From assembly GCA_964365465.1 (NCBI GenBank), contig CAYIPT010000001.1, forward strand, positions 1-57,309: a DNA stretch of 57,309 nucleotides, given 5' to 3'. The notes beneath the pieces are model-generated. The model saw nothing but the letters and a program-made list of their open reading frames with translations. It did no database searches and was not told the DNA's origin. Position numbers and translations under genes: made by a program. Shown here in pieces: positions 29,083-38,606 of the stretch; the first letter of the stretch is position 1, and each line of letters begins with the position of its first letter. Source of the stretch: an uncultured Candidatus Saccharibacteria bacterium. GTDB lineage: Bacteria; Patescibacteriota; Minisyncoccia; Phycocordibacterales; WO2-35-19.

Positions 29083-29951
29083 AAAAGAAAATATTCATAA
29101 CTGGAGCAAGTAGTTTTCTGGGTGAAGGTTTGATAGATAAATTAAAAAATACGTACGACATTACAGCTCTTAAACATAACAAACCACTAAAAACATCTGG
29201 AGAAATTAAAGTAATCAACGGAGGAATAGAAGATATTTCATTCTGGCAAACAGAAATACCCCTCATAGATATTGTTATTCATATTGCTTCCATATCTCAC
29301 ACTAATAACCCAAAAAATTATGAGAAAATAAATACTCTTGGCACAGAAAAACTTGTTAAAATGGCCGAAGAAAAAAATGTTAAACAATTTATTTATATTA
29401 GCACTCGAACAATAGGAAGCCAGTGTGGAGCATATGGAGCATCAAGAGAAAAAGCCGAAGGATATATTAAAAATAGCAAAATCCCCCACACAATTATCCG
29501 GGTTGGTGAAGTATATGACGAAAGTTTTACTAGAGCAGAAGGTCTTGGGAAAATAGTTTCTCTCGTTGAAAAAAGTTTCGTCGTTCCCCATGTTGTTGAT
29601 AAAAACACAACTATCGCTCCAATACATATAGATGACGTGCGAGTTGGTATTTTAGCTACTGTTGATAATAAACTCTCTTATGGCAAAACATACACACTTA
29701 CGGGACCAGAAAATTTATCACTAAAACAAGTGATAGAAAGAATATGTAAATTTAAGAAAAAATCCCCTATTATTTTTCCTGTCCCAAGAATTTTTGTTCA
29801 AGTTGTTTACTCTGCCATCACAAAAATCAACAAAAAAGCTGTGCTGGATGGGTTAGAAAGACTTTTGTGGATACGAAAAGAATCATTAAGTGCAAATGTT
29901 TCAAACGATCTCCACATAAACCCAAGATACTTTTTAAGATCTTTTCCTTAA
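29079..29951 (+). CDS. NAD(P)-dependent epimerase/dehydratase-family SDR (atypical)
   Basis: IFITGASSFLGEGL is the Rossmann motif. The catalytic region reads YGASREKAE, so the canonical YxxxK lysine position holds R. Start placed at the ATG overlapping the upstream stop (ATGA). Confidence 0.65.
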   Translation: MKKKIFITGASSFLGEGLIDKLKNTYDITALKHNKPLKTSGEIKVINGGIEDISFWQTEIPLIDIVIHIASISHTNNPKNYEKINTLGTEKLVKMAEEKNVKQFIYISTRTIGSQCGAYGASREKAEGYIKNSKIPHTIIRVGEVYDESFTRAEGLGKIVSLVEKSFVVPHVVDKNTTIAPIHIDDVRVGILATVDNKLSYGKTYTLTGPENLSLKQVIERICKFKKKSPIIFPVPRIFVQVVYSAITKINKKAVLDGLERLLWIRKESLSANVSNDLHINPRYFLRSFP

Positions 29952-29958
29952 AAATAGC

Positions 29959-31425
29959 ATGGATATTTTATTTATTTATCCTCCAATTTCCGTTAATGAA
30001 AGATATGTCATAAGCGCGGGAAAAACCGGTGGCAATTTGCCGCCTCTAGGAATTGCCCAGCTCTCTTCTTATCTTAGAGAAAAAGGAGTTAAGGTTGGTT
30101 TGATTGACAGCGTGATTGAAGATTTTTCAATTGATCAAATAGTTGAAAAAGTGTTTGAGTTTAATCCAAAAATCATAGGGTTTTCCGCCTTAACTCCGAA
30201 TTTTCACCGAGCAGCCGCATTTGCTGCTCTAATCAAAAAAAGCAGGCCGGAAATTTTAATTATTTTGGGCGGGCATCACGCCACGATTTTACCCAAGGAG
30301 ATTTTGGAACAGAATGATTATTTTGATTTAATTGTTTACGGCGAGGGAGAGCTTACGGCCGAAGAAATAATCGATAAATATAAAAAGAGCGGCTGGCGCA
30401 AAAATGTCTTTTTAAATGATTACAATATGTTATCTGGCATAAATGGAATTACATTTAGGCGCGGAAAAGAAGTTGTGATCACACCCCCAAGAGAGTTAAT
30501 CCAAAATCTGGACGAACTGCCATTCCCCGCCTGGGACCTTTTGCCAATGAATAAATATATTCCTCTGCCCAATCAATATAAGAGGACACCTGTAATTAAC
30601 ATGGTGGTCATAAGAGGATGTCCATTTAATTGCAGTTTTTGCTCCAATAATTCCGTCTTTGGCAGGAAAATCAGAGCCATGAGCCCCAAAAGAGTGGTGG
30701 AGCAAATCCGGCATGTAATGAAAAATTACGGCATCAGAGAAATATCTTTTTGGGATGATATGATGACGGCCAATAAAAAATGGATGTATGAATTTTGCGA
30801 TTCGTTGATTAAAAACAAAATTGATATCACTTGGACTTGCTACTCGCGAGTTGACTGTGTTGACGAAGAAATTCTTCGCCACATGAGAAGAGCGGGCTGT
30901 TGGAATATTTTTTTTGGCTACGAGTCGGGGTGCCAGGAACTTTTGAATAACATTAACAAAGGAACAACCCTTAAGCAGATAGAGGTCGCCAATATGCTTT
31001 GCAAGAAGGTTGGCATAGAAATTAGAGCATCTTTTATGATTGCTCTGCCCGGCGAAACTCCTGAAATGGCAAAAAAGACAATAGATTTTGCCAAAAAATT
31101 AAATCCTGATTATGCCCAGTTTTGCATAACAACTCCTTACCCGGGGACCAAACTTTTTGAAGAGGCGTCAAAATATGGAATTTTGACTAAAAATTTTTCC
31201 GAATACAACATCTTTAATGCAGTTTTCGTACCATACGGCTACAAAAACAGAGGGGAAATTGAGACAGTGGAAAGGAGAGCCATGAAAGAATTTTATCTTC
31301 GGCCAAAATATATTTGGGGCCGATTAAAAAAAATAAACAGCTGGGAAGACATTAAAAGATATCTGAAGGGGTTTAGATTTTTTCTTGGATTTTTAGGTAA
31401 AAAGGCAGATAAAAAGAACGGCTAA
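29959..31425 (+). CDS. B12-binding-domain radical SAM enzyme (class B-like)
   Basis: N-terminal cobalamin-binding-like Rossmann domain (IIGFSALTP, ILGGHHAT, VYGEGE) and the radical SAM cluster motif RGCPFNCSFC. Confidence 0.8.
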   Translation: MDILFIYPPISVNERYVISAGKTGGNLPPLGIAQLSSYLREKGVKVGLIDSVIEDFSIDQIVEKVFEFNPKIIGFSALTPNFHRAAAFAALIKKSRPEILIILGGHHATILPKEILEQNDYFDLIVYGEGELTAEEIIDKYKKSGWRKNVFLNDYNMLSGINGITFRRGKEVVITPPRELIQNLDELPFPAWDLLPMNKYIPLPNQYKRTPVINMVVIRGCPFNCSFCSNNSVFGRKIRAMSPKRVVEQIRHVMKNYGIREISFWDDMMTANKKWMYEFCDSLIKNKIDITWTCYSRVDCVDEEILRHMRRAGCWNIFFGYESGCQELLNNINKGTTLKQIEVANMLCKKVGIEIRASFMIALPGETPEMAKKTIDFAKKLNPDYAQFCITTPYPGTKLFEEASKYGILTKNFSEYNIFNAVFVPYGYKNRGEIETVERRAMKEFYLRPKYIWGRLKKINSWEDIKRYLKGFRFFLGFLGKKADKKNG

Positions 31426-31438
31426 TTTTATATAAACT

Positions 31439-32932
31439 TCATTTTTTATTTTTACAGTCAACCGTCTTTTGAAATAAAATATAACTATCAAGTTCCCTCT
31501 TAGTGTAACAGGGAGAAAGCATATCCCCATACTCAGGATTGTTTTCTGTCAAAATAAAATCTTTTGTCATATCAGTTAGAGCATTTTTGTCCCCCGCTTC
31601 AAACAACCCCTGCACAGTGAGATATTGAAAATAATTATCCCCTTTCAAAAAAACCACCGCTTCTGGAGAATTGTAAAAAAAAACTTTCTGAGATGAAGGC
31701 ACAACAGATAATGCCTGGGAAAGTATAATATTTCTCGTGCGCGAAACAAAAAAAGAAGTGTCGGAAAGAAAAATTAAATGAAAAAACTGAAATAATATTA
31801 AAACTACGGGAATAAGCATTGTGATTTTTTTTACATATTCATTACTAACTTTTTTAGCAAGAGTTATGATGGCTATCGGAAAAAATAAATATAGCAAAAC
31901 ATTGGCCGGAAAGAAGTAACGATACCATCCTGTTCCAAGGAGATAACCGAGCCAATTGAAAAATATGACAAAAAACAAAAGAAATTCTGATATGCTGAAA
32001 TCTGATTTATCTTTTTTAAAGTATTTCCGCCCGAAGAAAAAAACTAATACAATAAAAAGGAAAAGGAAAAGTACGGGGGTGGATTCAGTCACAAATCTAA
32101 ATAAATTTACGGAAACAGTCTCTACAAGCGACAAAGACGTATTAGACAGAGAAGATGGGCCGTTATTACCGGATTGCGAAACCATCGTTGGAATAATTTT
32201 TGTAATTAAATCTGGAGTCGGAAAATTTATCACGAACCAAAAAAATATTGGGGTAATAAACGCCAATAAGAGTATCAATATATTTTTTTTGTTCTTAATT
32301 TTCTTAATCCAAAAAAACAAAGAAAGAGGCAGGATTACACAAAGTAGAAGCAAATAAAGAGATTTGGTGACCGCAGCTAATCCTAAAAATAGACCTGCCA
32401 ATATGGCAAATTTTTTATTTTCAAAATTGGTTTCTTCAAAATACAAAAGCATGATAGCTCCCAAGCATAAAAAGACCAACCCTGGCACCTCCCCCTGTAC
32501 GGGTCTACCATTACCATAAAAAGGAGAAAAAGAAATGAGCATTAAGACCGACAAAATTGCAGGATAAAAACCGTATTTTTTTTTGGTGTATAAATAAAAA
32601 AGAACAACTAAGACAAACATATAGAGTATCATCGGCAAACGAGCCTGCCATATGCCCGTACCAAAAAGTTTGATGGATACCGCCACAGGAAAAATGACAG
32701 GATAATTAGTCGTAAGTAAGGCTCCAAATTGAAAAAAACTCCCTGGTTGGGTCTGCAATCCGAATACCCCACTTGATGCTACACTTCTTGCAATACTAGT
32801 AAGTATTCCCTCATCAACCCAAACTTTTGGAGTATCCGTAAAACGAAAAACAATTAAAAATGCAGCCGAAACAAAAACGAAACAAATGATTATTCTTTTA
32901 TAATTTAATTTCTGGAGCATTTTTGCAATCAT
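31439..32932 (-). CDS. GT-C fold (ArnT/PMT-like) membrane glycosyltransferase
   Basis: First-loop VWVDEGILTSIARS and many TM segments. Start chosen at the internal ATG (32932; an alternative is 32920) to limit overlap with the upstream gene, which ends at 32898. Confidence 0.6.
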   Translation of the reverse strand: MIAKMLQKLNYKRIIICFVFVSAAFLIVFRFTDTPKVWVDEGILTSIARSVASSGVFGLQTQPGSFFQFGALLTTNYPVIFPVAVSIKLFGTGIWQARLPMILYMFVLVVLFYLYTKKKYGFYPAILSVLMLISFSPFYGNGRPVQGEVPGLVFLCLGAIMLLYFEETNFENKKFAILAGLFLGLAAVTKSLYLLLLCVILPLSLFFWIKKIKNKKNILILLLAFITPIFFWFVINFPTPDLITKIIPTMVSQSGNNGPSSLSNTSLSLVETVSVNLFRFVTESTPVLFLFLFIVLVFFFGRKYFKKDKSDFSISEFLLFFVIFFNWLGYLLGTGWYRYFFPANVLLYLFFPIAIITLAKKVSNEYVKKITMLIPVVLILFQFFHLIFLSDTSFFVSRTRNIILSQALSVVPSSQKVFFYNSPEAVVFLKGDNYFQYLTVQGLFEAGDKNALTDMTKDFILTENNPEYGDMLSPCYTKRELDSYILFQKTVDCKNKK

Positions 32933-34643
32933 AAATAAAAGTCTCGATTTTACCGGATTTTTGATTATATATTGTCTCACAGGATGCAAAATATTTTGCG
33001 AACACGGTACTGGAATCAATATGTGGTATATCCACTACTAAAAAATAACCCTTTTCTGCACTTAGTGAAGCAACTTTTTGATTTAAACCGAATTTTGGAT
33101 CTAAATAAAGTCTTTTTTCGTATTTACCTGTTTCCATTATGTTGAATCCACCGTTATCATTATAGACTCTTATAGATTTTATATCGTCATTATTTTTTAT
33201 AAATTCCACAGCATTGTAAACTAGTTTTGAAGCGGAACCGTTTATTCTGCCAAACAGATATTCTTCAGCAAAAACTCCGTTATACAAAAGACCTAGAACC
33301 AAAATACCAATTAGAGCTTGTCTCTTAAAATTATTTTTAATAAAAGACGGAATCACCAGAGCAAAAGAGTAAACCCAGATTAAAGCCATAAAACCAAAGG
33401 AGACATAAAAAGGTATTGGGCCGGAGCCGCCCATAAAAGGAAACAGGAAATTCCACTTCAGAGAAATTATCCGGCCTATCCATTCAGTTTTTGGGTAAAG
33501 TGGTGGAGTAAAATGGTTTAAAAATTGGATGAAAAAAATTAAAAATGAAACCGCAGAAATAGAAATTATTTCTTTTTTGGAGATTTTTTCTTTTTTACCA
33601 ACCAATTTGGCAAAAACCGCTCCCGAAATAATACAAAGAGGTATAATCAAAAACTGAAAGTATCTGTCTAGCGCTCCAATGGAAAAATCAAAAGCAAAAA
33701 GGTAAAAGAAAAGGCCTATAAAAATAAAAAAGAAAAACGGCCTGAGTTTTTGCCAAATATCTTTGTCAACAAAAAATACCGGCAGAAACAGAAGTGGTGA
33801 AGTATACAAAACAGACTTGGCAAACTGGACAAATGTCTGGAGCCATCCTCTGTTTAGAAAACCGGATGAGTTCCAAAAATGCTCCCAGTAGTCAATTGAT
33901 TTTTCCAAAGGAAAGAAAGGGAAAATGAGTTTTGCCAATAGAAGCACAATGATCGCCGCAGTAGCCAGAAGAATGCCGAGCTCTATAAATTTTATAAACC
34001 TTTTTCTGTCAGCGAAAAATCCCCTGATTATTGCAAAATCCAAAGCAAATGCGACTAGAGGCAGGATTCCGCTCACTTTAACCAAAAACCCTCCAACGGC
34101 TCCCACAATGAATAAAATCATCCATATCCAATTTTGAAAATTGAAAATTGCCTGCCCCGTTGCAAGCTTGCTTCGCTTTGGGGAAAATTGAAAATTTGTT
34201 TTTCTTAATTGGAAATAACCTATAGACATAATTAAGAAAAAAGCCGGCATTACCGCCCCATCAACATCAACCATAAGGGAAGCCAAAATTGAATAAAAAG
34301 AAACAGCAAAAAGAAAGGCGGTCCAAAAGGCAATTTTACTTGAATTAAAAATAATCTTAGCCAGATAAAAAATCAAAAATAAATTTATCAGGCCGAAAGC
34401 AAACGGAATGAATCTAAAATTGTCGTAGCCCACGGCGGGGCCCAATTCTCTGTAGACCAGCTCAGCCAGAGGCGGATGCACTACCGCTCCGGGTGCGGAT
34501 ATGGCAGGGTTGGCGTACATCGGCCATTTATATTCATCTTGATGATAGGGATGATGAACGGCCGGCAAGCGAAGAATAACAAAAAAAACCGCTAAAACAA
34601 CAAGCCAAACCCACTCTTTTCTACGCAAAAAATCAAAATTCAT
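32898..34643 (-). CDS. GT-C fold (PMT_2/ArnT-like) membrane glycosyltransferase with a C-terminal soluble domain
   Basis: First-loop HHPYHQDEYKW and HPPLAELVY. About 13 TM segments and a ~130-aa hydrophilic C-terminus. Confidence 0.6.
   Translation of the reverse strand: MNFDFLRRKEWVWLVVLAVFFVILRLPAVHHPYHQDEYKWPMYANPAISAPGAVVHPPLAELVYRELGPAVGYDNFRFIPFAFGLINLFLIFYLAKIIFNSSKIAFWTAFLFAVSFYSILASLMVDVDGAVMPAFFLIMSIGYFQLRKTNFQFSPKRSKLATGQAIFNFQNWIWMILFIVGAVGGFLVKVSGILPLVAFALDFAIIRGFFADRKRFIKFIELGILLATAAIIVLLLAKLIFPFFPLEKSIDYWEHFWNSSGFLNRGWLQTFVQFAKSVLYTSPLLFLPVFFVDKDIWQKLRPFFFFIFIGLFFYLFAFDFSIGALDRYFQFLIIPLCIISGAVFAKLVGKKEKISKKEIISISAVSFLIFFIQFLNHFTPPLYPKTEWIGRIISLKWNFLFPFMGGSGPIPFYVSFGFMALIWVYSFALVIPSFIKNNFKRQALIGILVLGLLYNGVFAEEYLFGRINGSASKLVYNAVEFIKNNDDIKSIRVYNDNGGFNIMETGKYEKRLYLDPKFGLNQKVASLSAEKGYFLVVDIPHIDSSTVFAKYFASCETIYNQKSGKIETFIYDCKNAPEIKL
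34136..34196. repeat. 14-bp direct repeat flanking a GC-rich palindromic core inside the GT-C gene
   Basis: gaaaattgaaaatt occurs at 34136-34149 and 34183-34196. The core gcctgccccgttgcaagcttgcttcgctttggg contains the 10-bp palindrome gcaagcttgc. It encodes the loop FQFSPKRSKLATGQAIFNFQ. Confidence 0.7.
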
Positions 34644-34698
34644 ACAAAAAGGCTACCATGAAAACAATTTTATATAAAGGTGATTTCTTAAATATGAA

Positions 34699-35457
34699 CT
34701 AAAGATTATTTAAGGTTTTTTTCTTTATGACAAGCAAAATAGATACCCCGAAAGGAAAGTTACAATATTTCAATATCTTTCTCTCAAAATCAAATATCGC
34801 ATAAAATAAATCATTAAGGAGTGTATTATTAATGCTAAGATCCGAATACCTTGATTTAAATTTGAGAAATCTGCTGCCCAGACGTATTAGGGAAATGGGC
34901 AAGAATAATATGGTATTAAAATAGCTTTTTTTAATAATTTCAAATTCTCCCGCCTGTTCTGATACCTTTATAATTTCACTCAAGGTATACCGCCTAAAAT
35001 GTTGAGAAATCTCGTCTTGGACCCCCCAAAGAAACATGAAAGCCGGAACCATAACAACAATAAAACCGCCTGGGCGGAGAAGGGAGTAGAAATATCTAAA
35101 AGTTTTCTCATGATTATTTATGTGTTCCAAAACATCAAGAGAAACAATGACATCAAAAGACTCCGGGAAAAGTATCTTTTCAGTGTCAAGATAAATATTT
35201 TTTATATTATGTTCGCGACCATATTTTATAGCTTCTTCTGATATATCAATTCCACAAGTATCGTAGCCTTCATTTTGCAACAACTTGGTGATGTGGCCAA
35301 AATTGCACCCGTAGTCCAAAATGGTACACCCTTTTTTGAAGTATTTTTGGGCCACATCTCTTAAGATATTATCTTTCACCCTAAACCACCAGTGACTCTT
35401 TTGGATGCTTTGATGCTGTTTGTGAAGTTTAATCTCCATATTTGCGAAAAAACTCAA
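34699..35457 (-). CDS. Class I SAM-dependent methyltransferase
   Basis: Motif I ILDYGCNFGHIT, plus SLDVLEHI and LRPGG. Confidence 0.75.
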   Translation of the reverse strand: MSFFANMEIKLHKQHQSIQKSHWWFRVKDNILRDVAQKYFKKGCTILDYGCNFGHITKLLQNEGYDTCGIDISEEAIKYGREHNIKNIYLDTEKILFPESFDVIVSLDVLEHINNHEKTFRYFYSLLRPGGFIVVMVPAFMFLWGVQDEISQHFRRYTLSEIIKVSEQAGEFEIIKKSYFNTILFLPISLIRLGSRFLKFKSRYSDLSINNTLLNDLFYAIFDFERKILKYCNFPFGVSILLVIKKKTLNNL

Positions 35458-35467
35458 AACTCATGTC

Positions 35468-36865
35468 TTAAATAAATTTTATGGATAATGCCATCTTAAT
35501 ATCTTCAAATAATGTTCCGTTTTTGATACTTATTTTTATTCTCTTAAATATAAACTCAGGGTTTAAGTATACTGTTCTATAAAACTTTTTGTAATAACTC
35601 TCTATAGTGTCCCATGAAAGATTTGGGTGGTCGTAAATCATAGAAGGTGCAGAATAGAATTTAAAATTTTCCCATTCATGAGTTTTTATTAACTTTTTAT
35701 TTTCAAGTTCATTAAACATTTCCGTGGCAGGCAATGGAATTGTAATGCTGATTTTTGCCAGATCCAAATTAAGTGACTTTGCAAAGTTGATTGTATCCTG
35801 CATGGTTTCTTCAGTTTCTCCCGGTAGGCCGATCATAAAATATCCTGCCACTTCCAGCCCTGCTTTTTTGGCCATTTTAACCGCTTTAATGACCTGCTCC
35901 AAATTTATCCCTTTTTTTATGTTATTTAATATTTTTTGATTTCCGGATTCAATTCCGAAATAAACTCTGTAACATCCGGCCCTTTTCATTTTATCCAGCA
36001 ATTCAAAATCTACCCTATCAACTCTTATGCCTGTAATAGTGCTCCAGATTATATCTACTTTTCTCTCAATCAATAAATCGCATATCTGTTTTGCCCTATC
36101 TAAATTCGTCGTAAACCCGTCATCAGTCAAATGTATCTCTTTAAAACCTATTTCTTTTATTTTGATGAACTCTTCTGCAACTCTTTCGGGAGATTTGACT
36201 CTAAAAGTTTTTCCAAAACAGCTTTTGTTGCAATAGGTGCACCCATAAGGGCAACCCCTGGAAGTTTCCACCCAAGCCACCGGATTTTTCTTTGCTATTG
36301 CGGAGGGTACTTTGTATTTATCTATATCGTAAAGATGATATGCCGGAAAGGGCAGAACATCTAAATCCTGTATAAATTCTTTTCTTTCATTAATAAAAAT
36401 TTCTTTCCCTTCTTTATACGCAATGCCTTTTATTTCTGAAAGTTTTTCCCCTTCCATCACTTCATTTAATGAAAAATCCCCTTCGCCGATAACCGCTATG
36501 TCTAAGGAAGTTTCTTTTAGTGCAGATTCTGGAAATGATGAGCAATGAGGTCCTCCTCCAACAATAACTATATTTTTATTTTTTTTCTTGATTATCTTAG
36601 TTACTCTATCTGCTTCCCTTATTAAAGGGGTGACGAAAGTTATACCCACGAAATCCGGGTTAAATTTCTCTAGTCGGTCTAATAATTTCAAGTCTCCCTG
36701 TTCATATAAATTGAAATCAAAAATCTCAACAATATGTTTTTTCCCCAAAAGGCTGCTGGCGATGCAAGCTAAACTCAGGGGTGGCGTTGAAGGGGCTACT
36801 TCTTTCATGCTGGTTTTCTCGTATATTTTTTCAAACGGCAAATTTATTAAAAGTACTTTTTTCAT
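35468..36865 (-). CDS. B12-binding-domain radical SAM enzyme (class B-like), paralogue of 29959..31425
   Basis: FVGITFVTP, VGGGPHCS, VIGEGD and the cluster motif RGCPYGCTYC. Confidence 0.8.
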   Translation of the reverse strand: MKKVLLINLPFEKIYEKTSMKEVAPSTPPLSLACIASSLLGKKHIVEIFDFNLYEQGDLKLLDRLEKFNPDFVGITFVTPLIREADRVTKIIKKKNKNIVIVGGGPHCSSFPESALKETSLDIAVIGEGDFSLNEVMEGEKLSEIKGIAYKEGKEIFINERKEFIQDLDVLPFPAYHLYDIDKYKVPSAIAKKNPVAWVETSRGCPYGCTYCNKSCFGKTFRVKSPERVAEEFIKIKEIGFKEIHLTDDGFTTNLDRAKQICDLLIERKVDIIWSTITGIRVDRVDFELLDKMKRAGCYRVYFGIESGNQKILNNIKKGINLEQVIKAVKMAKKAGLEVAGYFMIGLPGETEETMQDTINFAKSLNLDLAKISITIPLPATEMFNELENKKLIKTHEWENFKFYSAPSMIYDHPNLSWDTIESYYKKFYRTVYLNPEFIFKRIKISIKNGTLFEDIKMALSIKFI

Positions 36866-36866
36866 A

Positions 36867-37592
36867 TCAAAACTTATCTTCCTTATTAATAATACCGAAT
36901 CGGTGTTTCAATATTAATAGAATCATTTTTAAGCCAACACTAACCACCTTAGAGAACCTGCCGGTCACCGAAGATGTTCCTACTCTCCTTAAATATTTAA
37001 CTGGAATCTCTATATATTTAATCTTGTGTCTTATAATCTGTAGCATCATATCTGGATTAAATTCATTTCCCCCAACACTGAATTTGCGCTTTATTTTTGT
37101 ATACGCCTTCTTATTGATAAGCCTATATGTACAGCCAACATCTGACAGATGGGATGTATTGAACAGCAATTCAATAAATTTTGCAACAAGAAGGTTCCCC
37201 CACTTCAAGAACTGACCCATATTAGCCCCTTCGCCTATCATAATTGAGGTGGTTCTTGTCCCGAACACAACATCAAAATCATCTGAATACGCTAAAAACT
37301 TTATTATATCCCCCGGATCAAAAGTCCCATCCGGTTCTATCATTATTGTAAGATCTCCGTTTGATTCTCCCAAAGCTTTTCTATACCCCCACCCGAATCC
37401 TTGTTTGGGTTCATAAAAGTATTTTGCTTTGGTTTTTAAAATCTCTTCCTTTGTCCCTTCTACTGCATTATTATCAACCGCTATTACTTCATCAACATAT
37501 TTTGTTTCAAACAAATCATCAATGCATTTCTTAATAGATTCTTTTTCATTATATGTTGAGAACGCTACCGAAACTTTTTTATTGTGATACAT
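36867..37592 (-). CDS. GT2 polyprenyl-phosphate glycosyltransferase (Dpm1/GtrB-like)
   Basis: VSVAFSTYNEKESI, AVDNNAVEGT and MIEPDGTFDPGDI. Confidence 0.75.
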   Translation of the reverse strand: MYHNKKVSVAFSTYNEKESIKKCIDDLFETKYVDEVIAVDNNAVEGTKEEILKTKAKYFYEPKQGFGWGYRKALGESNGDLTIMIEPDGTFDPGDIIKFLAYSDDFDVVFGTRTTSIMIGEGANMGQFLKWGNLLVAKFIELLFNTSHLSDVGCTYRLINKKAYTKIKRKFSVGGNEFNPDMMLQIIRHKIKYIEIPVKYLRRVGTSSVTGRFSKVVSVGLKMILLILKHRFGIINKEDKF

Positions 37593-38605
37593 AACTTGTT
37601 TATTAAAGCATTTAAGCTGTGATTTTCCAAGACATATTTTTGTAATTTTTCTGAAGCTATTTTTCTCTCTTCCTTATTTATATTTAGCCAAAATTTTATT
37701 TTCTCTGCAATATTTTCTGAAGTTTCTTTTTCTATTATCGTTCTATCATCAATTTCTCCATTTAGAGTTTTGTTAGCTACCACCAATAAACAACCGCAAG
37801 CAGCCGCTTCTAAAATGGTCTTATCAAAACTACCAGAAGGAGTAAGATTTACAAAAATATTATGTTCATTATAAATTTTTGGGGTTTCGTAATTTGGCAC
37901 AGATTTATAAAATTTTATTTTATTGTCTAATCCCAATTCTTTAACTCTAACCTTGAGAGAATCATAATAACTTTGGTCTTTAGGCAAGGGGTCGCCATAG
38001 AAATCGCAGACAAAATCAATATTTTTTTTATTAAGTATATTGAGTGCCTCTATAAACAAAAGTGGTTGTTTTATGGGGCTTATTCTTCCCAAAAACAATA
38101 CTGAGTTTTTCAATCTTTCAATCTTTAAATCTTTAAATCTTTCAATGTCTATGCCAACCGGCATTAAAATAGTTTTTTTACACTTGGCCACAAAAGCAAA
38201 TTTTGATGTGCAAAAAACTTTGTTTGAAAGGCAAACGGCAATTCTAGTAAATAAATTGCCATATTGGTGATTGCGCCATAAATATATTTTTTTTCTCAAA
38301 ATTTTCCATATAAATCCGCCGAGCAAAATATATTCCTGATTCATATGCACAAAAATAGAATCGTATTCTTTGTGCAAACCCAAAATCAAATTAAAAAAGT
38401 TTTTTATATATTTTATTTTGCTTTTTCCCGACTCTTTGCCCAAAGAAAAAATTTGAATATTTTTTGGCAAATTAAATTTTCCTTTTTCTAAACAAATAAC
38501 AGAAATTTTTTCAAATTTTTTTGAAAGCTCTGAAATCCAATTGTGAAAAAAACCTGAAATCGGGTCTTCTCTATCCACTTTTTGGGTGATTATTAAAAGC
38601 CGCAT
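37565..38605 (-). CDS. GT4 (GT-B) glycosyltransferase
   Basis: SFDKTILEAAACGCLLVV. Confidence 0.75.
   Translation of the reverse strand: MRLLIITQKVDREDPISGFFHNWISELSKKFEKISVICLEKGKFNLPKNIQIFSLGKESGKSKIKYIKNFFNLILGLHKEYDSIFVHMNQEYILLGGFIWKILRKKIYLWRNHQYGNLFTRIAVCLSNKVFCTSKFAFVAKCKKTILMPVGIDIERFKDLKIERLKNSVLFLGRISPIKQPLLFIEALNILNKKNIDFVCDFYGDPLPKDQSYYDSLKVRVKELGLDNKIKFYKSVPNYETPKIYNEHNIFVNLTPSGSFDKTILEAAACGCLLVVANKTLNGEIDDRTIIEKETSENIAEKIKFWLNINKEERKIASEKLQKYVLENHSLNALINKLCITIKKFR
38111..38150. repeat. Tandem 8-bp repeat within GT4 gene 37565..38605
   Basis: caatcttt caatcttt aaatcttt aaatcttt caatgtct: four good units and one degenerate. Encodes DIERFKDLKIERLK. Confidence 0.8.
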
Positions 38606-38606
38606 T

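Noticed and set aside
29400-29470. The SDR 29079..29951 has YGASR where the catalytic YxxxK is expected.
   Set aside because: The alignment was done by eye only, and the lysine two residues later (REK) may substitute. This is not enough to claim an inactive or novel enzyme.
31425-31439. Two long convergent operons end only 13 nt apart with no hairpin terminator between them.
   Set aside because: This is noteworthy for transcriptional collision, but a short AT-rich gap supports no positive claim.
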